Below are positions 1 through 14,047 of a stretch of 64,000 nucleotides of DNA, in pieces; positions within the stretch are counted from its first letter, which is position 1, and every line of letters begins with the position of its first letter. Source of the stretch: Ramazzottius varieornatus (taxonomy: Eukaryota; Animalia; Tardigrada); contig BDGG01000014.1 in NCBI GenBank assembly GCA_001949185.1, forward strand, positions 1,085,378 to 1,149,377, in the 5' to 3' direction. The translations under genes were made by a program, and so were the position numbers. The notes beneath the pieces are model-generated. The model was not told the origin of the DNA. It saw only the letters and a program-made list of their open reading frames with translations, and made no database searches.

Positions 1-543
1 TGCTTCACGTTGCGAGATACCGTTTCACTCATGGGCTTCTGGATACCTATTAGTGTCGGGGATATCGACAGACAGAGACTAGCCAGAGAGAAAACCATCA
101 ATTTCAGCCTAGTCAGGAGGCAAAGTTTGCCTACAAACCTACCCCGCAAAACTCGCGCATTTCCGCTCCCCTTTCCGAGACTTTCGAAAAACACAATTTT
201 GCCTCATTCACGACTAATTTCCGTTGATCAAGCAAACTCAAATTTCGAATCAACCGTTTGCGACATGAACAGCTCGTCGTGAGGAGAACTATTTTACCGG
301 CCCATTTGAAACGTCGACTCTTCTTTCTTCCTCAAAGATCTTCTGTCAGTTTCTTCCTGCTTCCAGACTGCTTCCTCCACTAACTTGAGATACCTGGGAA
401 TGAGGTAAGGATAGAGATGTTATTCAACTAGGTGGAAAGACGACCAGCATCCAGTATTCTCCGCGACCGTAAGTCAGGAAAATAAAAAATCTGCTAAGCA
501 GATTTATCACAATTTTTTCGTTTATCACGGCGGGGCCATGGTG

Positions 544-600
544 GATTGATTGCATTGATTGATTGATTGGTTGGTTGGTTGGTTGATTGGTTGGTTGGTT
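544..600. repeat. (GATT)n/(GGTT)n tetranucleotide microsatellite in 5' UTR intron
   Basis: gattgattgcattgattgattgattggttggttggttggttgattggttggttggtt read directly. Confidence 0.9.
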
Positions 601-705
601 CAAAGACTGCGACAAGTGCGATTTTGCTGCTTATTTCCAGCTTTTCAGTTGCATTTTTCACTCGTTTTTTCGTTTTCCAGATCGAGAGAAATCAAGGCTT
701 GAGCC

Positions 706-3700
706 ATGGCGTCGGGCAGCGCCGATGAAGTGCCGTCGTCATCCCAGGGCTTCTCCGGTAGCCCAAGCATGGAAGATCAGCTGCTGCAGGAACGAGAAGT
801 GCTCCGGTCGGAAATTCAGCGCATGCAGAGTAAGCTCCGAATCCTCTCTACCAGGTTAAGCATCCCTTACGAAGAGCGTTGCTTAACTGATGTGGCTCTG
901 CGTTTTTCTAGCCGACCATAAAAGAGCCGTGGACTTGGTCAGATCGACGTTGGAACGACAACTTCAAGAAGCCAATATCGCTATCAATGGTTTACGCGAA
1001 GAATTGGCCAAAGAAGGTATGAAACTACCTCCGTCTTCAGCTCGCGAGTGATATCCAAGTGCGATATTTGTGTTCATTGTAGTGAACATCAACCAGGACC
1101 ATCTCAAGCGGCATGAAAGTCAGGCCAAGAAGGAATCCGACTTGAAAAAGGCTTTGGTAGGATTTATGTTTCTATACATCGCTGCAGAGTTATCTATAAT
1201 TTGTCTCTTCAGGTGTCCGCGGAAGATCACAATCTACGGCTGTCCACTGAGAAGAATAACTTGCTTCTGCTCGTTGAAGGTTCTCGAGCGGAAATTGCAG
1301 AGCTAAGAGGTAGTTTTGCAAACAGAATTTGTAAACCCAAGTTTGTTTAGTCCAATCAACAATCAAGCGTTGTGGGGGTGTTGACGTCACGTCGTGGTGC
1401 TGTATAACCGCCATTTTGGAGTCGAGTGATGACGTCATGTGTGTGTGTTTCTAGAGACGATCAGAAATCAGTCGCGCCAAGTGACGGAAAGTCTGGCCGA
1501 AACTGAGCTTCTCCGTCTCAAGTGCTGCGGCAAAGACGCCGAGATTCAGTTTCTCGGAATCTCCGAAAAAAGTCTGAAAGCTCAGACTGAACGTCAGCAG
1601 AAGGATCTCTCTGAAGCACATGCCGTCATGGTCAAGAAAGACCGCGAAATTTCCGAGGCGCGATCGGAAGCTGATCGGCGAGTCAAAGACGTCATCAAGC
1701 AAGTTCAAACATTGAGCGACGAGCTATGGCAAGAGAAGCGGAAGGTCGCCATGCTGGAAGATAACGTCAAACGCGAGAAGGAAGGCGCTCAACGGCTCCA
1801 AGAAAGACTGGACAGCTTCGAAGGCGACAGGCAACGGATGCAAGAAGAGTTTTCAGAACAGAATAGCTCCCAGCAGGAAATCATCGATAGCTTCAGAGAG
1901 CATGTAGCTGTGCTAAAGAGAAGAAATGACCAACTGGAAGAAGAGAAACGAGTTCAGGAAAGCTGTCGAGATGACTTGGAAGAAGGTTATTAGGAAAAGC
2001 TCATTTCCGGGTGGTATAACACATATGAGCCGCTTGAGTAGAAACCAGGGTTTTTTAAACGGTGTTCCAATCACTGAAGTAGCCTGGTTTCTGTTTTAGC
2101 GTTCAAAGTTGAAATTTTAAGCTCCTTTCGTTTCAGTAACGATCATTTGTATTTTTGTAGTGTACAAGAGAGCAGTCAGTGACTTGCAGGAAGAGTTGTC
2201 TTCCGCTCAGACCGCATTGGAGGAGAAGACGAACCAGGTCGCAGCGATGACAGCCGAGCTGGAGCACGCTCGTGATCTGACGGCCTACCTGAAGAATGAC
2301 GCGTCTCGTACGGCCTCTCCCGAACTGCAGAACCTTGTTCGTGGCCAAGGCTTCTCGGTTCCTCGACTGTACCACGAATACATCATAACGGCCGACCGTC
2401 TTTCCGAAGCTGTCAACGCACGCGCGGCGGCTGAAAGCGAACTCGAACGACGAAGCCAAGTACGAATATTTTCCCCGAATTTTTCTTTGTTGAAGGTTCA
2501 TCGTGTTCTCTCCTGTTAGGAATGGCAGCAGTACCTAGCTGGAAGAAGTGAGGAAGAAGCAGCTGTACAGGAGCTACAAAGACAGCTTGAGCGAAGCCAG
2601 AATAATTTACAGCAACTAACTAAAGTCCGAAAACATGTTCTGTAACCAATATAAAGATGAAATTTCATATTGAAAATTAATTTTTAGAAAGTTGAGAACA
2701 TGGAAAAGCAAGCTGTGATTCATCGACGGAACCTTCGGACATTAGAGACGGAGAACCGGACGCTGAGAGATAAGAACGAGGTCTTGCAGCGACAAGTCAT
2801 CTCCGTGGTGGAAGACAATGACGAGGAGAATGGTGGCTTTCTTTTGAGCAAGTCAACCTACAGGTATGTAACTTCCGTTTCTCCGGTCTTTTCGAGCAGC
2901 CAAAGGTTTGATGTTTAACGATGTTGTTGTTTCTTTTGCAGGAATACGGCTGAGCTGATACAAATCAACGCGGAACTGTACGCTTCCATCGAGTCGCTGA
3001 ACAAGGAAAACTACGACCTCAAAGTCCAGCTCGAAGAAGCCACTAAGTAAGTTATCTATCACTTTCCCCAGATCTGATGTTTTCCGTTTAGCATTTCAAT
3101 GAAACTACTGAACTGGCAACTGAGTAGTTTGGAACTAGCCCGGTCAGTAATCATCCTAGTCAAGTTGCGCACTTAGCTATGTATTGTGAATGACAAAGTG
3201 CGCCACAGTTGCACTTGAATTATTAACCCCGTTGTAGTGACGCACTAAATCAGTTTATCAACCGACAAACTGCGACACTGTAGTGAGTACGAAAGTGTTT
3301 TTGTCTTTTGCAGGAATGAAGAAGAGTTCCGCGAGGCCGTGGAGCAAGTTCGTGGTCTGGCCGCTCAGAAAGAGCAGTTTGACACTCGCCTGACGGAACT
3401 GTCCCGCGAAGTGCAGCTGTACCGGGTGCAGAACGAGTCGTCCCTCTTTAAAGACTTTCTCCGTATCCTTTCCACGGCGCCTGAGCAGATGGACGCTTTG
3501 CTAGCCCTGGTCTCCAACGAGAGCGCCTTGTGGGCCTTTGTCCGCTCGGCCGGCGGCAACGACATCGCCACCCAGTTCGCGGCCATCCACAAGGAGGTGC
3601 AGGTCGCCCGGCAGGAAGCACAGGAAGCCCGCGTGGAAGCTGAGAAGCGCTCGACCGAGCTGCAGAAAGTGCGCGAAGCTCATAAAGCTGACATGAAGAT

Positions 3701-6700
3701 CATCAACGCCGACCGCGATCGAGCTGTCAGAGACCTCAACGGTTAGTACAATCTTTCTCAACGTACTAGCATACCACGCAAGAAATAAGAGAAAACCTTA
3801 TTGAAAAATCTGAGAAGAGCAATAAAACTAGGATTTAACAGGAACGCGACAGGCACAGGCATACAAAAATCGCGGTACTCAGAAGGAAAATATTGAGTGC
3901 TCGGTACTTGCTGATCAGTTTGACTGTGGTCCTGGAGTTGTTGGCTCGTAGGACTGAAGAGTTCGGATGGTGAAACCGACGGGGTCGCAACTCTGTCCAG
4001 TGATAAAGTCCTGATGAGATTGTCCAAAATGTTAAATGTCAGCCACCTTGGCTTTCTTAGTGTAGTCGGTGTTGTTAGTACTGCTGGCTGGAGCTCTTGT
4101 CAGGAATATTCCGCATGCTCATCTCAAACACTTCCCTTTTTTTGTCCGACATGAAAGAGAACGACAGGTCAACCTTTGAAACAATTTTCCTGGCTGAACA
4201 AGGATTAGTCACAAGGAAGACGCCCATTTTTCATCCCCTCAGCCGCATAGGTTTGGTGTATTAAGGAAAAATGTTCTAGAATGTACGAGAATAATTTGCC
4301 AGTGTAATGAGATGAAAGTGCAAAATTTTTTTGCCTGTTCCCACCTGAACGTTGGCAAACTCGTTAGCTTCTTATTTGAAGGTGCGGTTGGTCGAAGTGT
4401 GACTTCACAACCGTTCAGATAAGATTGGAACTGCTCCATATCTCTAGACAATTAATGTTGTGGGTAACGCAGAATGCAGCCTTTACTAGTCTTCGCTCTG
4501 TTCTGCGACATGTAACAGCATACATGCGATCAGTCGGGTTGCGCTGTATGGCGCATGCCGGTTCTTGTCGCGATCGCTTCTTGATTTATTCTTTTCTATA
4601 TTTTGCAGTACTCCGAGATCAAATGGACGCCCTGCGGAGGGAAAGTTCGCAGAGGATCGCCGAAGCCGATCGACAGGTGGCCAAGATGAGCGAACTGTAC
4701 GAAAGACTGTGCAACTCCGAGAAGGAATGCGGAACTTTAGCTCAGGTAAACGGCAGCTCGGCAAACGATGTTGACAAGAATGTGTACCCAAGTGGCGCGT
4801 GTTGTCGGCGAAATTGGCTGCAATGGTACACCACTTGGAAAAAGATTCTTTTGAGTTTTCTCAAGTTGCGCATGTGTCTAGTGTTTTTGGCTGAAAAGGT
4901 ACGCACCTTGCAAAAGGATCTGGTCGTGTTTTCTAAGTGGCGCACGTTGCAGTGTTATTGGCGGGGAGGCATAGTGTGGGCCACTTGGGAAAAAGCGATC
5001 TCTTGGAGTTTCCAAGTGGCGCGCGGTATCAGTTGTCTGGCTGGGAGCGTGCGCCACTTGAAAGAACGATCTTGTGCATTTCGTTTTCCATCGTCCCGAT
5101 GCTGTTTTTGATTTCAAAACCATATCCCAAGCCTTGTTCATCTTCTGGGTTTGTTATAGGCTTTGGAGAATCAGCGGGAAGAAAGCGGTCGTCGTTTGGC
5201 CGAATGTCAAGAACTCCGTTCCACGGCGTCCTCCGTCCACAGTCGGCTGGCTGTCTTCGAAGAACAGCAAACCCGCGCTCAGACCGTCATCAGCCAACAC
5301 ATGGCCACCATCGAGGCTGCCCACGCTCGTGAAATTGAGTCGGGGAGGAAACTGCAAGAAGCCCAAGACAGCCTGAGCAACCAACAGAACAAGGCAGCTC
5401 ACCTCCAGAGAGAGCTGCAGACGCAGCAGAGCAAAGTCGAGTTACTGACGAAAGAACTGACCGACGTGAAGAAACAACTCGACGAATACAAAACACGTAC
5501 CAATAATACACAACAACAACAAAACACAAATGCTGCCAGTAGTAGTCAAGAACGGAGTAATAACAGTCAAGCCAGTTCACAGTACGCTTTAAGCGTCTTA
5601 AGACAGTCGTCGGTCCAACAAGAGACCTTACAGATGCAAATTGGAGAGCTGCAGGGACAGTTGGAGAAGGCTAGGGAGGAGCTAAAGGAGAAGGTGGCGG
5701 AACTGAACCGGTACCAGGAAAAGGCCACAAAGAAGAGCGAGGAGATGCAGGGCACGCGCTACTCCCTCATGTCCGATATTGCACATATCAAGGAAGAGCG
5801 GGAAACCCTCAAGACTCAGCTGAACGCCGCCAAAGCCGACAAACTGAAGGCCGAAGCTGAGCGGAAGAAATTGGAGGAGGTGAGCAGGAGGCAGAGAAGC
5901 GAACTGGAGGAACAGATGAACAAGTACATGGACGAACTACAGGTAGGCTGACAGTTTTTTCCCCTTTCTCTTTCTGATAGACCGGCGAACCACTGTGCCT
6001 ATTTGTCTTCCACATGCATACATTCAAACTTGGATAATTTCTGGTGACTTGTATCCAAGTGCGTGAAGTACTACAGTTATTGGCTGTATTTTCGCTCACG
6101 TACCCGCATACATGCGCTGCGCAGTGTATCCATGGGTCCATGTATGCAGGTGACAGACGATGGGCGCATTTCAGTTTGTTGTGATGGAAAGCAAGTTGTT
6201 TTGTAGGCTCATCAAGTTTCGCAAGCCTTCGTTGCCGAGCTTCGCAAGGAAGTGGACCAACTGAAGCAGAGCGCTATGGCTTCCAAGCGTCGCGAGACGG
6301 ACCTGCAGAAAGCCATGGACGAACTGCGGAAGCAGACGGCGGAGCAAGAGAAGAAGCTACGTGAAGAAGTGCGCTTGATGGAGATCGAACGGGAGAACAA
6401 CAAGGAGTGGAAACGCACCATCTACGATCGCACGCTTCCTTCCTCCACTGACGTTCCCAGCGACGAAGTCCAGGACTTGACCATCATCGTCGAGTACCAG
6501 AAGAAGGAGAACGACTCCATCTTCAGACAGCTGCAGCTGTCCAAAGAAGACTGCTTTGCCGGCGCTGCCAAGGTATGAAAAAACCCTTTTTTTTAAAGAT
6601 TACGAGCAAAATGTTCAAGTGAAGTGTTTGACAATGGGAACTCCACAGACAAACTCGATCAGATCGTTTTCTCAAGTGACGCACGTTTACAGTATAATCG

Positions 6701-9700
6701 GCAGTGCGCCACTTGAAAAAGGATTTTGTCGAGTTTGTTTGCCGAGCTGCCCAGTACTATTGTGGCTGTTTTCCTAGGTGAAATTTCTGTCAGAAGGTCT
6801 GGAGCAAGTGCAGCAAGAACTGCAGTTGGTGATTCAGCGGAAAGAAGGTAGCATCGAGTCTGACTCGTGGCAGAAAAGTTACACCGAACAGCAGGCCATT
6901 CTGAACTCTACCTTGCAAATGAACGCCAAACTGAGGATGGAAGTGGCCACAGTGCAGAAGGAACTGGAGACTACCCGAGCGTCCCTCAAGACCTTGACGG
7001 ACAAGTCGGAAGCGGCGACGAGCCGGCTAAGGGAGCTAGAGAACGACAATGTCAGATTGCAGGAAGCCGAGAAAGTCCTGAAGCAACAGGTCCAAGACTG
7101 GCATAACAAGTTCGGCGTTCAACAGCAGAAAGGCGAAATTGAGACCCTGAAAAGGAGAATCGCCGAGCTGGAGAAACAAAACGCGGACCAAAGTAAGTGG
7201 AACTCTTGAGTTTCAGCCTTGCTCCCACCTGCATACAGTTTGACGTTATGAATGAACAGAGCAGTGACTGTAGGAGCGTGAAAGACTTTTGCTGGAAACC
7301 TGACGTTTACCTGCATACCGTATGTCTATTGCGAATGCATGGGTTGATGTAGGTAGGTTTATGAGCTGGCTCGTCTATGAACTAACCAAGTGTTGATGTT
7401 GTTACAGACGATAATGTGAACAAGTTGAAGGCTCAGTTTGCCAGCACGGTGAGCAGGCGTGTTCAGGCCAGAAGCAAGGAGATGGAACAGGCCTTGGAGG
7501 ATGCTCGCGGAAGCTTGGAAGAACGCTCCAACGAGCTGACCACTCTGCGGGTCCAACTGGCTGCCAGGGAGGCCGAAATCATCACCATCAAGGCCGAACA
7601 CGCCGAATTCATCAGGACCGAAGGTATCCGTCACTTCAAGGAACTGAGGCAGAACGAAGAACAGGCCAATGCAGCCCTCGCAGCTTTGCGCATTCACCAC
7701 GACCAGTACAAAGTACAATATTTCCCTAGACTTGGTACTTTGAAGGTATGAAACTAACGACGCTAGTTTTTTCAGGAGGCGGCGCATCAGCTGGAAATGA
7801 GACTGAATGCCCTGATGGGCGGCTCAGCTGTGCCAGGGGCTAAGATCGCCGAGAAGATTCCCGTTCCGGTTCCCATCCGAGAAACGGCCGTGGTGACACC
7901 CCAAAGTAAAGGTCTGGCGGATAAGATGACACCCGTACCGACATTGACACTGCGAGCTAGCGGCCATGCAGCTCCTATAGCCACGGTGGCGCCCCAGGTG
8001 CCACACGATCTTCTGGCCCATGTCCAGCCGGTCCAGGCAAGTGCGCAGATGCAGCGGCCAAGTAGCGGACACGGAAGCGAAGCGGCGCGACCCGCCAGCC
8101 ACGATGAGGGGGAACGAGTTGAAGCATTTGCTAGCGCTGGTGGCAGTGGTAGTGGTAACGCTGGTGGGACGGGACATGCCACACCCGCTACTCCACCTTC
8201 TGGTGGTAAGCCATTTGCAACTATTTCTTTCTCTCTTGCATGCACCTACGTGCTTGGACACCGTCCTAGTGGTACGGCCGTATGTATGCAAGTGCCTGCG
8301 ATTGAAGCTATCTTTTGCCGTTTGACGTTACTGTGCCTGGTGCTCCGTAGGGACCTTAGTGGGAAGTGTCCGTAGAGAGGTTCGACGTCCACATCCCGAT
8401 TCGGACGAGCAGCCAGGCGGTAGCCAGCCACAACGTCAGCCCAAGCGACCGCGACCAGCGTCTTCGGCAGCAGCTGCTGCTCCCACGGTCAGTGTGGTGC
8501 CTAGCGGAAGCCGTATGCCCTCTCTGCGACCTCCGTCACCCACTTCTGTGACGGATGTCACCAGTAGCACGGCACCGGCTGCCTCCACGCACACGGCCAC
8601 TCCGGCCCAGTCTGATCGTAGTGAGGATCGCGCCGTGGGCTCCAGTGGCGAAGCTGGACCCAGTGCGGCGCCCAGCCATCATCATCCGCAGGTTGAGGAA
8701 GCGGATGGCGTGACCGAATCAAGCATGGGACCTAGTCCTGGAACCGTAACCAACCCCGAGGTAAGAAGCTCCTTTCCTCGGTCAAAGACGGCCAACTTTC
8801 CATGATTTCATCCAGCTGCATGCCTGCGCACCGTAGTGAACCCTTTGGTTGGTGTCTGCAGGTGTATGATTTGGGTGCAGGTGTTTTGCATTTTGTGGGT
8901 TGTTACAGGCTCAAGGAGAGGAAGCGCCGGATCAGGCTGAAGGTGAAGCCATGGTAGTGGACGAAGGTGGTCCTTCGACGTCACAGCCCATCATGGAAGA
9001 ACCCGGAGACGAAGCGCAACCAGCTATTTCAGACGAAACAGCCGGTAGTCACGACCACGCTACCGCTGCGGCTTCTGCGCCGCTTCCTGACGGTAAATAC
9101 CACCTAGTCGATCTTGCATTCCTTGGAGAGACTTGTTTTGGCTGTTGTAGATGGGGGTTCGCACGAAGAAGACCGACCTTCTGTTGCCGACGTGGCGATG
9201 GACAGTAACGAAGCCGCCACCAGCAGTGCTTCCCTGCCGGACCAACCGACGGCCATGGACGTTGTCCTCCAGCCTCCTCATGGGCACAGTCGCTCGCTGG
9301 ATGACGCAATGGCCATTACTGACATGCTGTCGATGGCTGACAGTCGACACGATCTCGACACGGACATCCTGGAAGGCATCCTCGAAGGTCAAGGTATGCC
9401 AGTGGCTGGTCTTTGTGCCATTTTTCGACGGAATATTTGTCAAGTTTTTTGCCCGACACGGCCTTTACAGTTAGAAAGACTGAAAAGTGCGTATCAAGGC
9501 GGTGCTGGGAATATTCTTGACTGGAATTTTCATAGGAAAAAGGCACAATTGGTTTACCGCTGATTGGGATCTTTTGTGCCTTTAATGGCTTGGGCTAGTT
9601 GTAGGTACGGGGGACGCAGCGGAAGAAGGTGAAGTTGAGTCTGAAGAGGAGGAGGAACAGGGTGAGGGTACCGGGCAGGAAGATGGTGGCGGGGAAGAGG

Positions 9701-10483
9701 AGCTTGGGTCGCGCGACACGGACGAGAGCGCACCGTCCGAAAGCGAAGTCAGGCTGAACCTCGGACCCACCGTCTTGTCTGCAGGCGACGGGACAGCCCT
9801 GACGGGTGTACCCAGCACCAGCCAATCCTCTCTCGACTCTTCAGGTAGGTTCTTTCAGTGCCCAAACTTCGACTGTATCAATGCATCGAAATTATCAAAG
9901 CTTTGGAGAAGGTTTCAAGCACCTCCATGCAGACCTACTGTTGTGAACATACGGGTCGATGTATGCAGGTAGCTAGTTGATGGGTTATATCGTTCGCTGA
10001 CTTTTACAACGGTAGTATTCGGAATATGATGGTGGTGGAAGAGGAAAATAGTGTAAAATAATGTTGGAAAAGCTGAAATGGTGCTGTTTGGTTTTAGAGG
10101 GCGGAGCAGCCACGCCGTCAGCTTCTCAAACGCAGCTGGCCGCATCGCAGTCCATCGAGACACAGCCACGTCTTCGTCGACAGCCCATCCGGGCCACGGC
10201 ACCCTCTTCTTCGAGCGAAGCTCAAATGTCGCGAGTGTCGCCGGCCGCGCCCTCAGCTTCCAGCTCGGGCAACCTGGGCAATAACAGTCCCCAGCGTACT
10301 TCCGGCTCGACGCGCCGACCCATCTCACCACCCAACGCCAGCAACATGCACTCCCCCAACCCACCCCCAGGACGGCCATCCCGAGCCCTGCCCACTGCTC
10401 GAGGAGTTTATCGGCCTGGTCAAGGACTTGTCAGTCGCGGCACGCGGGGAGGCCGCCCACGACGAGGCCCTCCTCACCAGTAA
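706..10483 (+). CDS. TPR: Nucleoprotein TPR / Megator-like coiled-coil nuclear basket protein (multi-exon)
   Basis: Chain of + strand coiled-coil exons bounded by GT/AG. TPR-like segments ASPELQNLVRGQGFSVPRLYHEY and QDLTIIVEYQKKENDSIFRQLQL. Acidic/disordered C-terminus ending in an RGG-like tail (RGTRGGRPRRGPPHQ*). Kozak gccATGg at 706. Confidence 0.8.
4752..5090. repeat. Intronic hairpin element family A, 4-unit copy (CCAAGTGGCGCAC-N~25-GTGCGCCACTTGG)
   Basis: Four tandem ~70-bp palindromic units after the terminal ggcagctcggcaaac, inside a TPR intron. Confidence 0.85.
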
Positions 10484-11016
10484 CGAGAAAAGTCCTTCTC
10501 TACATTCTTAGCGCAACTTTTCTTCTTAAGTGGTCTTTCTGTTCGTTACTTCTGATCGATTCGAATGTAAGAATCTTCCGGCATTTCCTCTGGCGCTCTG
10601 TTGGCAACTTTAACTTGTGTCCGAAAGAAATAGACTCTGCAGGTGCCGCTTTCGTGGCCTGTCTTTAGACGATGATTTTTTAGTTGATCCGCTGAAGTTT
10701 TAAATGAATCTTGTACGACGAAAGGACGAATCAATTATTGAATCAGTTCAAGCTAGAAGATCAAATTTCCGAGCAATGAAATTGGCAGGGTTCGAGCGAG
10801 ACCACTGAGACCAGTGATCAAGGCCGTGCCAAACGTTCATGACGTCAGTACAGTAACAGGTTGAGTTGCTACATTGCGTCATGTTTCGCGGCAGTGATCA
10901 CCGAAGTTTTCGTTGGATGGAAATCATGGTCACTTATCTTCACCTACTTGGATGGTTTCCAGATTTTGTAGCGATTTTCTTGTCGTCTGTGGTAGATCAT
11001 AAGTTTTCTTGTAGTA

Positions 11017-13521
11017 ATGGCGAAGAATGGCGCTACTTACCAACAAGGTGATCTAATTTTGTCGGAAGATCCCTGGGTTTATACGGTGCTGAGCGGGGAA
11101 GTCGACTTCCGCTGCTACCACTGCTTGCGTCTTCTGGCTTCAGCTGATTCCTCCTCTCCACTCCTCAACAAGGGCAACCGATGCTCCGCATGCAAATATG
11201 CCCGATACTGCTCCGTGGAATGCCAGGTTAGTGAGCAGATTTTCACATGCGGAGGAATGGTGGAAAGAGGATTTTTCCCGATGGAGGATAACTAAATTCC
11301 GTACTTGTACGGTTTGAACTGGTCGGGCCACCATACAGGCTGTTTGGCCGATGTTATGGCAAGCGCGGGGCCGCAGAATTGATCGAAAATTACCATATTT
11401 CCAGAAAATCTTTCTTCCTAGCTTGTCGTCGTTTCGGCACCGCTTATGAAACAGTTCATCTCTGGCTAATGTTCCTACGCTTGAGAGGCCTCCCCACAAA
11501 TTCGATGTTCTATCTGTGTTGCAGAAGAAGGATTGGAAAGAACGGCACAAAGCCGAGTGCTTCATGCTGAAACTTGGAGGAGCTTCCAGCGTCCGACCAC
11601 CTGTACACTTCCTCCTCATGCTCAAAATCCTCAACAAGCTGAAAGTAAGTCGTCAACAGTTTTTCTCGAGGTCGATCAAAATCTGTTATACCGTAAGGAA
11701 CGTCTTTGAAAGAGAGGGCACTAAAATCTGATGGAGTGTGAGATTTGGCACAGGAAAGATTCCGGGCCGTAAACGTCCACCGGGTCAGTTCACGCCACTT
11801 CAAACCTGCGGCCCGGTCTAAATTTACGGAATGTCAGGTTGCGTGCGTCGCTTTGTTAAAGTGATATCTATCTTCTTTTCAGACAAATTTCGACGATCTG
11901 ATGAGCAGTAAATCCCCTTCCTCGTTGCAAAAGAAGCGCAAGACTCGAACGTACATCGATTTGGTGTCGCATGCCGAGGAACTATGGAATACTCCGGGGA
12001 TAATGGAGTACATCACGCAAGTGCGCATCATGCTGGGCAAATACCTGGCCATCGAGAACGACGCCGAACTTCCCTACGTCCAAGATGTCCTTCAGATGTT
12101 CGGCAAGATTAAATGCAATGGCTTCGGTATCACAGACGATAGTATGAGTTCCTGCGGTGTCGGTGAGGAATTGAACATATTATAATGGACTATCACAGAG
12201 TGAAAAATTCTGGTCGTTTCAGGAATTTATCTGGAGGGTTCGGCCTTGGACCATTCCTGCTCGCCCAACGCCTGCCAAGTCTTCCAAGGCCCACGCTTAA
12301 CCATTCGAGCGACGAAAGCTATCCATGGCGGTATGAAGAACGTCCGCATCGCTTACATCGACGTTTTCGTCCCCAAGGAGGTCAGGCTGAAACGTCTGAT
12401 GGACGGATACCTCTTTGAATGCACTTGTCCCCGATGCCTCGATGACACCCAGCAGGTAAGAGTCAGCTCGTCCTTCTTTTCACAAAGCGTGAAGCGGTTG
12501 CTCGCAAAACGAACTGGGCTTTCCCGATGGCGCACATTCGTTACTAGCTGGAAGCCTGCGCCACTTGGAAAAATAAGCCTGTCGATTTCCCAAGTGACGC
12601 TCTTCGCCATGTTGTTTGATGGAAGCGTGCGCCATGTGGGAAAACCTTCTGGCCGCGTTTGTTTGTCGAGCTTTGGAACAACAAGTGGTTATTGTCTAGA
12701 AGGACGCGGAAATGTTTAGCATCAAATGTGAATCTCCCAAGTGCGCTCTGGCTGTTCCCTCGGACGAACGCGCCGAAGCTCCGTGCAAGTGTGGCCACAA
12801 GCCGAAGAATGGGGAAGTACGGCTGGACCGCTACGACCTTCTGCTGGAAGAGCTTCTACAGCGTGTCGACCGCTTTGACCAAGAGGGTGTGGGCTGTGAG
12901 TTCGACGAGAAGCAGTGGAAGGAAGACGAGACGTTCCTCCATCGGATGGAAGACCTCCTTCATCCAAACAACCCTCTCCTGGCCTGCTTCTACTCCATGA
13001 TGGGCCGCATGCTACTTTCTTGGGGCTGTGAAACAGCACCGCAGTATTTCGCCAAAGCGGCGTACATTTACAGGTAAGTCTCCCTTTTTGTTTTTTCGTA
13101 CGCTTGCATACAGTATAGTCATCCGTTTTCTCGACGACCGAGTATGCAGGTGCTTGAGGTCATGTTGGTCGCTGGCCTGGCATGCACCTGCATGCTTTCG
13201 TCCGCTTGTATACGGACACTATGTATGCAGGTGTATGAAAGCGTAGACTGTCCACTGAAGTTCGTTTGGCTGAGCGGATTTTCTTGCAGAGTGTGGATGC
13301 CAGCCCCTGCTGTAGATCCAGTAATGGGTTATGCTTTCCTCCAAGCTGTGGAGCGCGATCCAGCCGTTGGTGAGCCCTTGGATTCCTTCAAGCGCCTGAT
13401 CGAAGCCGAGAAGATCCTCCGCTTTACGCACAGCAAAGATCACAGTTTGTATCGTGAAGCTCATGCAGCGCTACGCTTAGCCGCCATCACTGTCAACAAG
13501 ATATGCTCACGTAATGTCTAA
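11017..13521 (+). CDS. SET and MYND domain lysine methyltransferase (SMYD family), multi-exon
   Basis: MYND finger CYHC...CSACKYARYCSVECQ|KKDWKERHKAEC. SET motif GIYLEGSALDHSCSPNA, YID, and post-SET YLFECTCPRC. Confidence 0.92.
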
Positions 13522-14047
13522 CGACTTCCTGTACTCTGGTTACTAATCTTATCCTTTCTCTACCACGCAGCATTCTGACTTACTCCTCGTACTGTTGATT
13601 TATACTAATTTTTCTCTTCTGTTTCTCCACAACGCTCCTAAAAGCAGGAAGCACTTGTGCCACCTTGTTTTACCATAAATCGAAACTTATCACTTCACAT
13701 TGTTTTCGACCGTACCCGAGACGCGGTTTCTCGTTGACAGCTGCGCTCGGTCTTACACTTCCGATGAACGACGAAGCTGTCCTGAGACCTAGCAGTTGAA
13801 CACCGGAGACCTTCTGATAACTTTCGGCGGAAGTGAAGTCCTACCATTCTGAGCTTCCCATCAGGCTGGCTTCGAAGCTCAAATGGAGAAACACGTTCGA
13901 CGAACTTCAGCTAGGATAGGGTACCACCAAAAGAATAACATGAAAAAGATGCTGGAACAGACTTGAGTAAAAGACTTCGCCTTGCCAAAGGTCGTATATT
14001 TCGTTAGCGAAAGCACGAGGAAAGAAACAGCAAGAGCACAAGTAAAC

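Noticed and set aside
4752-5090. CRISPR-like array (palindromic repeats with ~25-nt spacers)
   Set aside because: Spacers are mutually similar (acagtgttattggctggaagc-like), repeats are degenerate, there are at most 4 units, the context is a eukaryotic intron and there are no cas genes
13740-13860. Possible C/D-box snoRNA between SMYD and the RS gene
   Set aside because: No canonical RTGATGA C box with a terminal stem; not intronic
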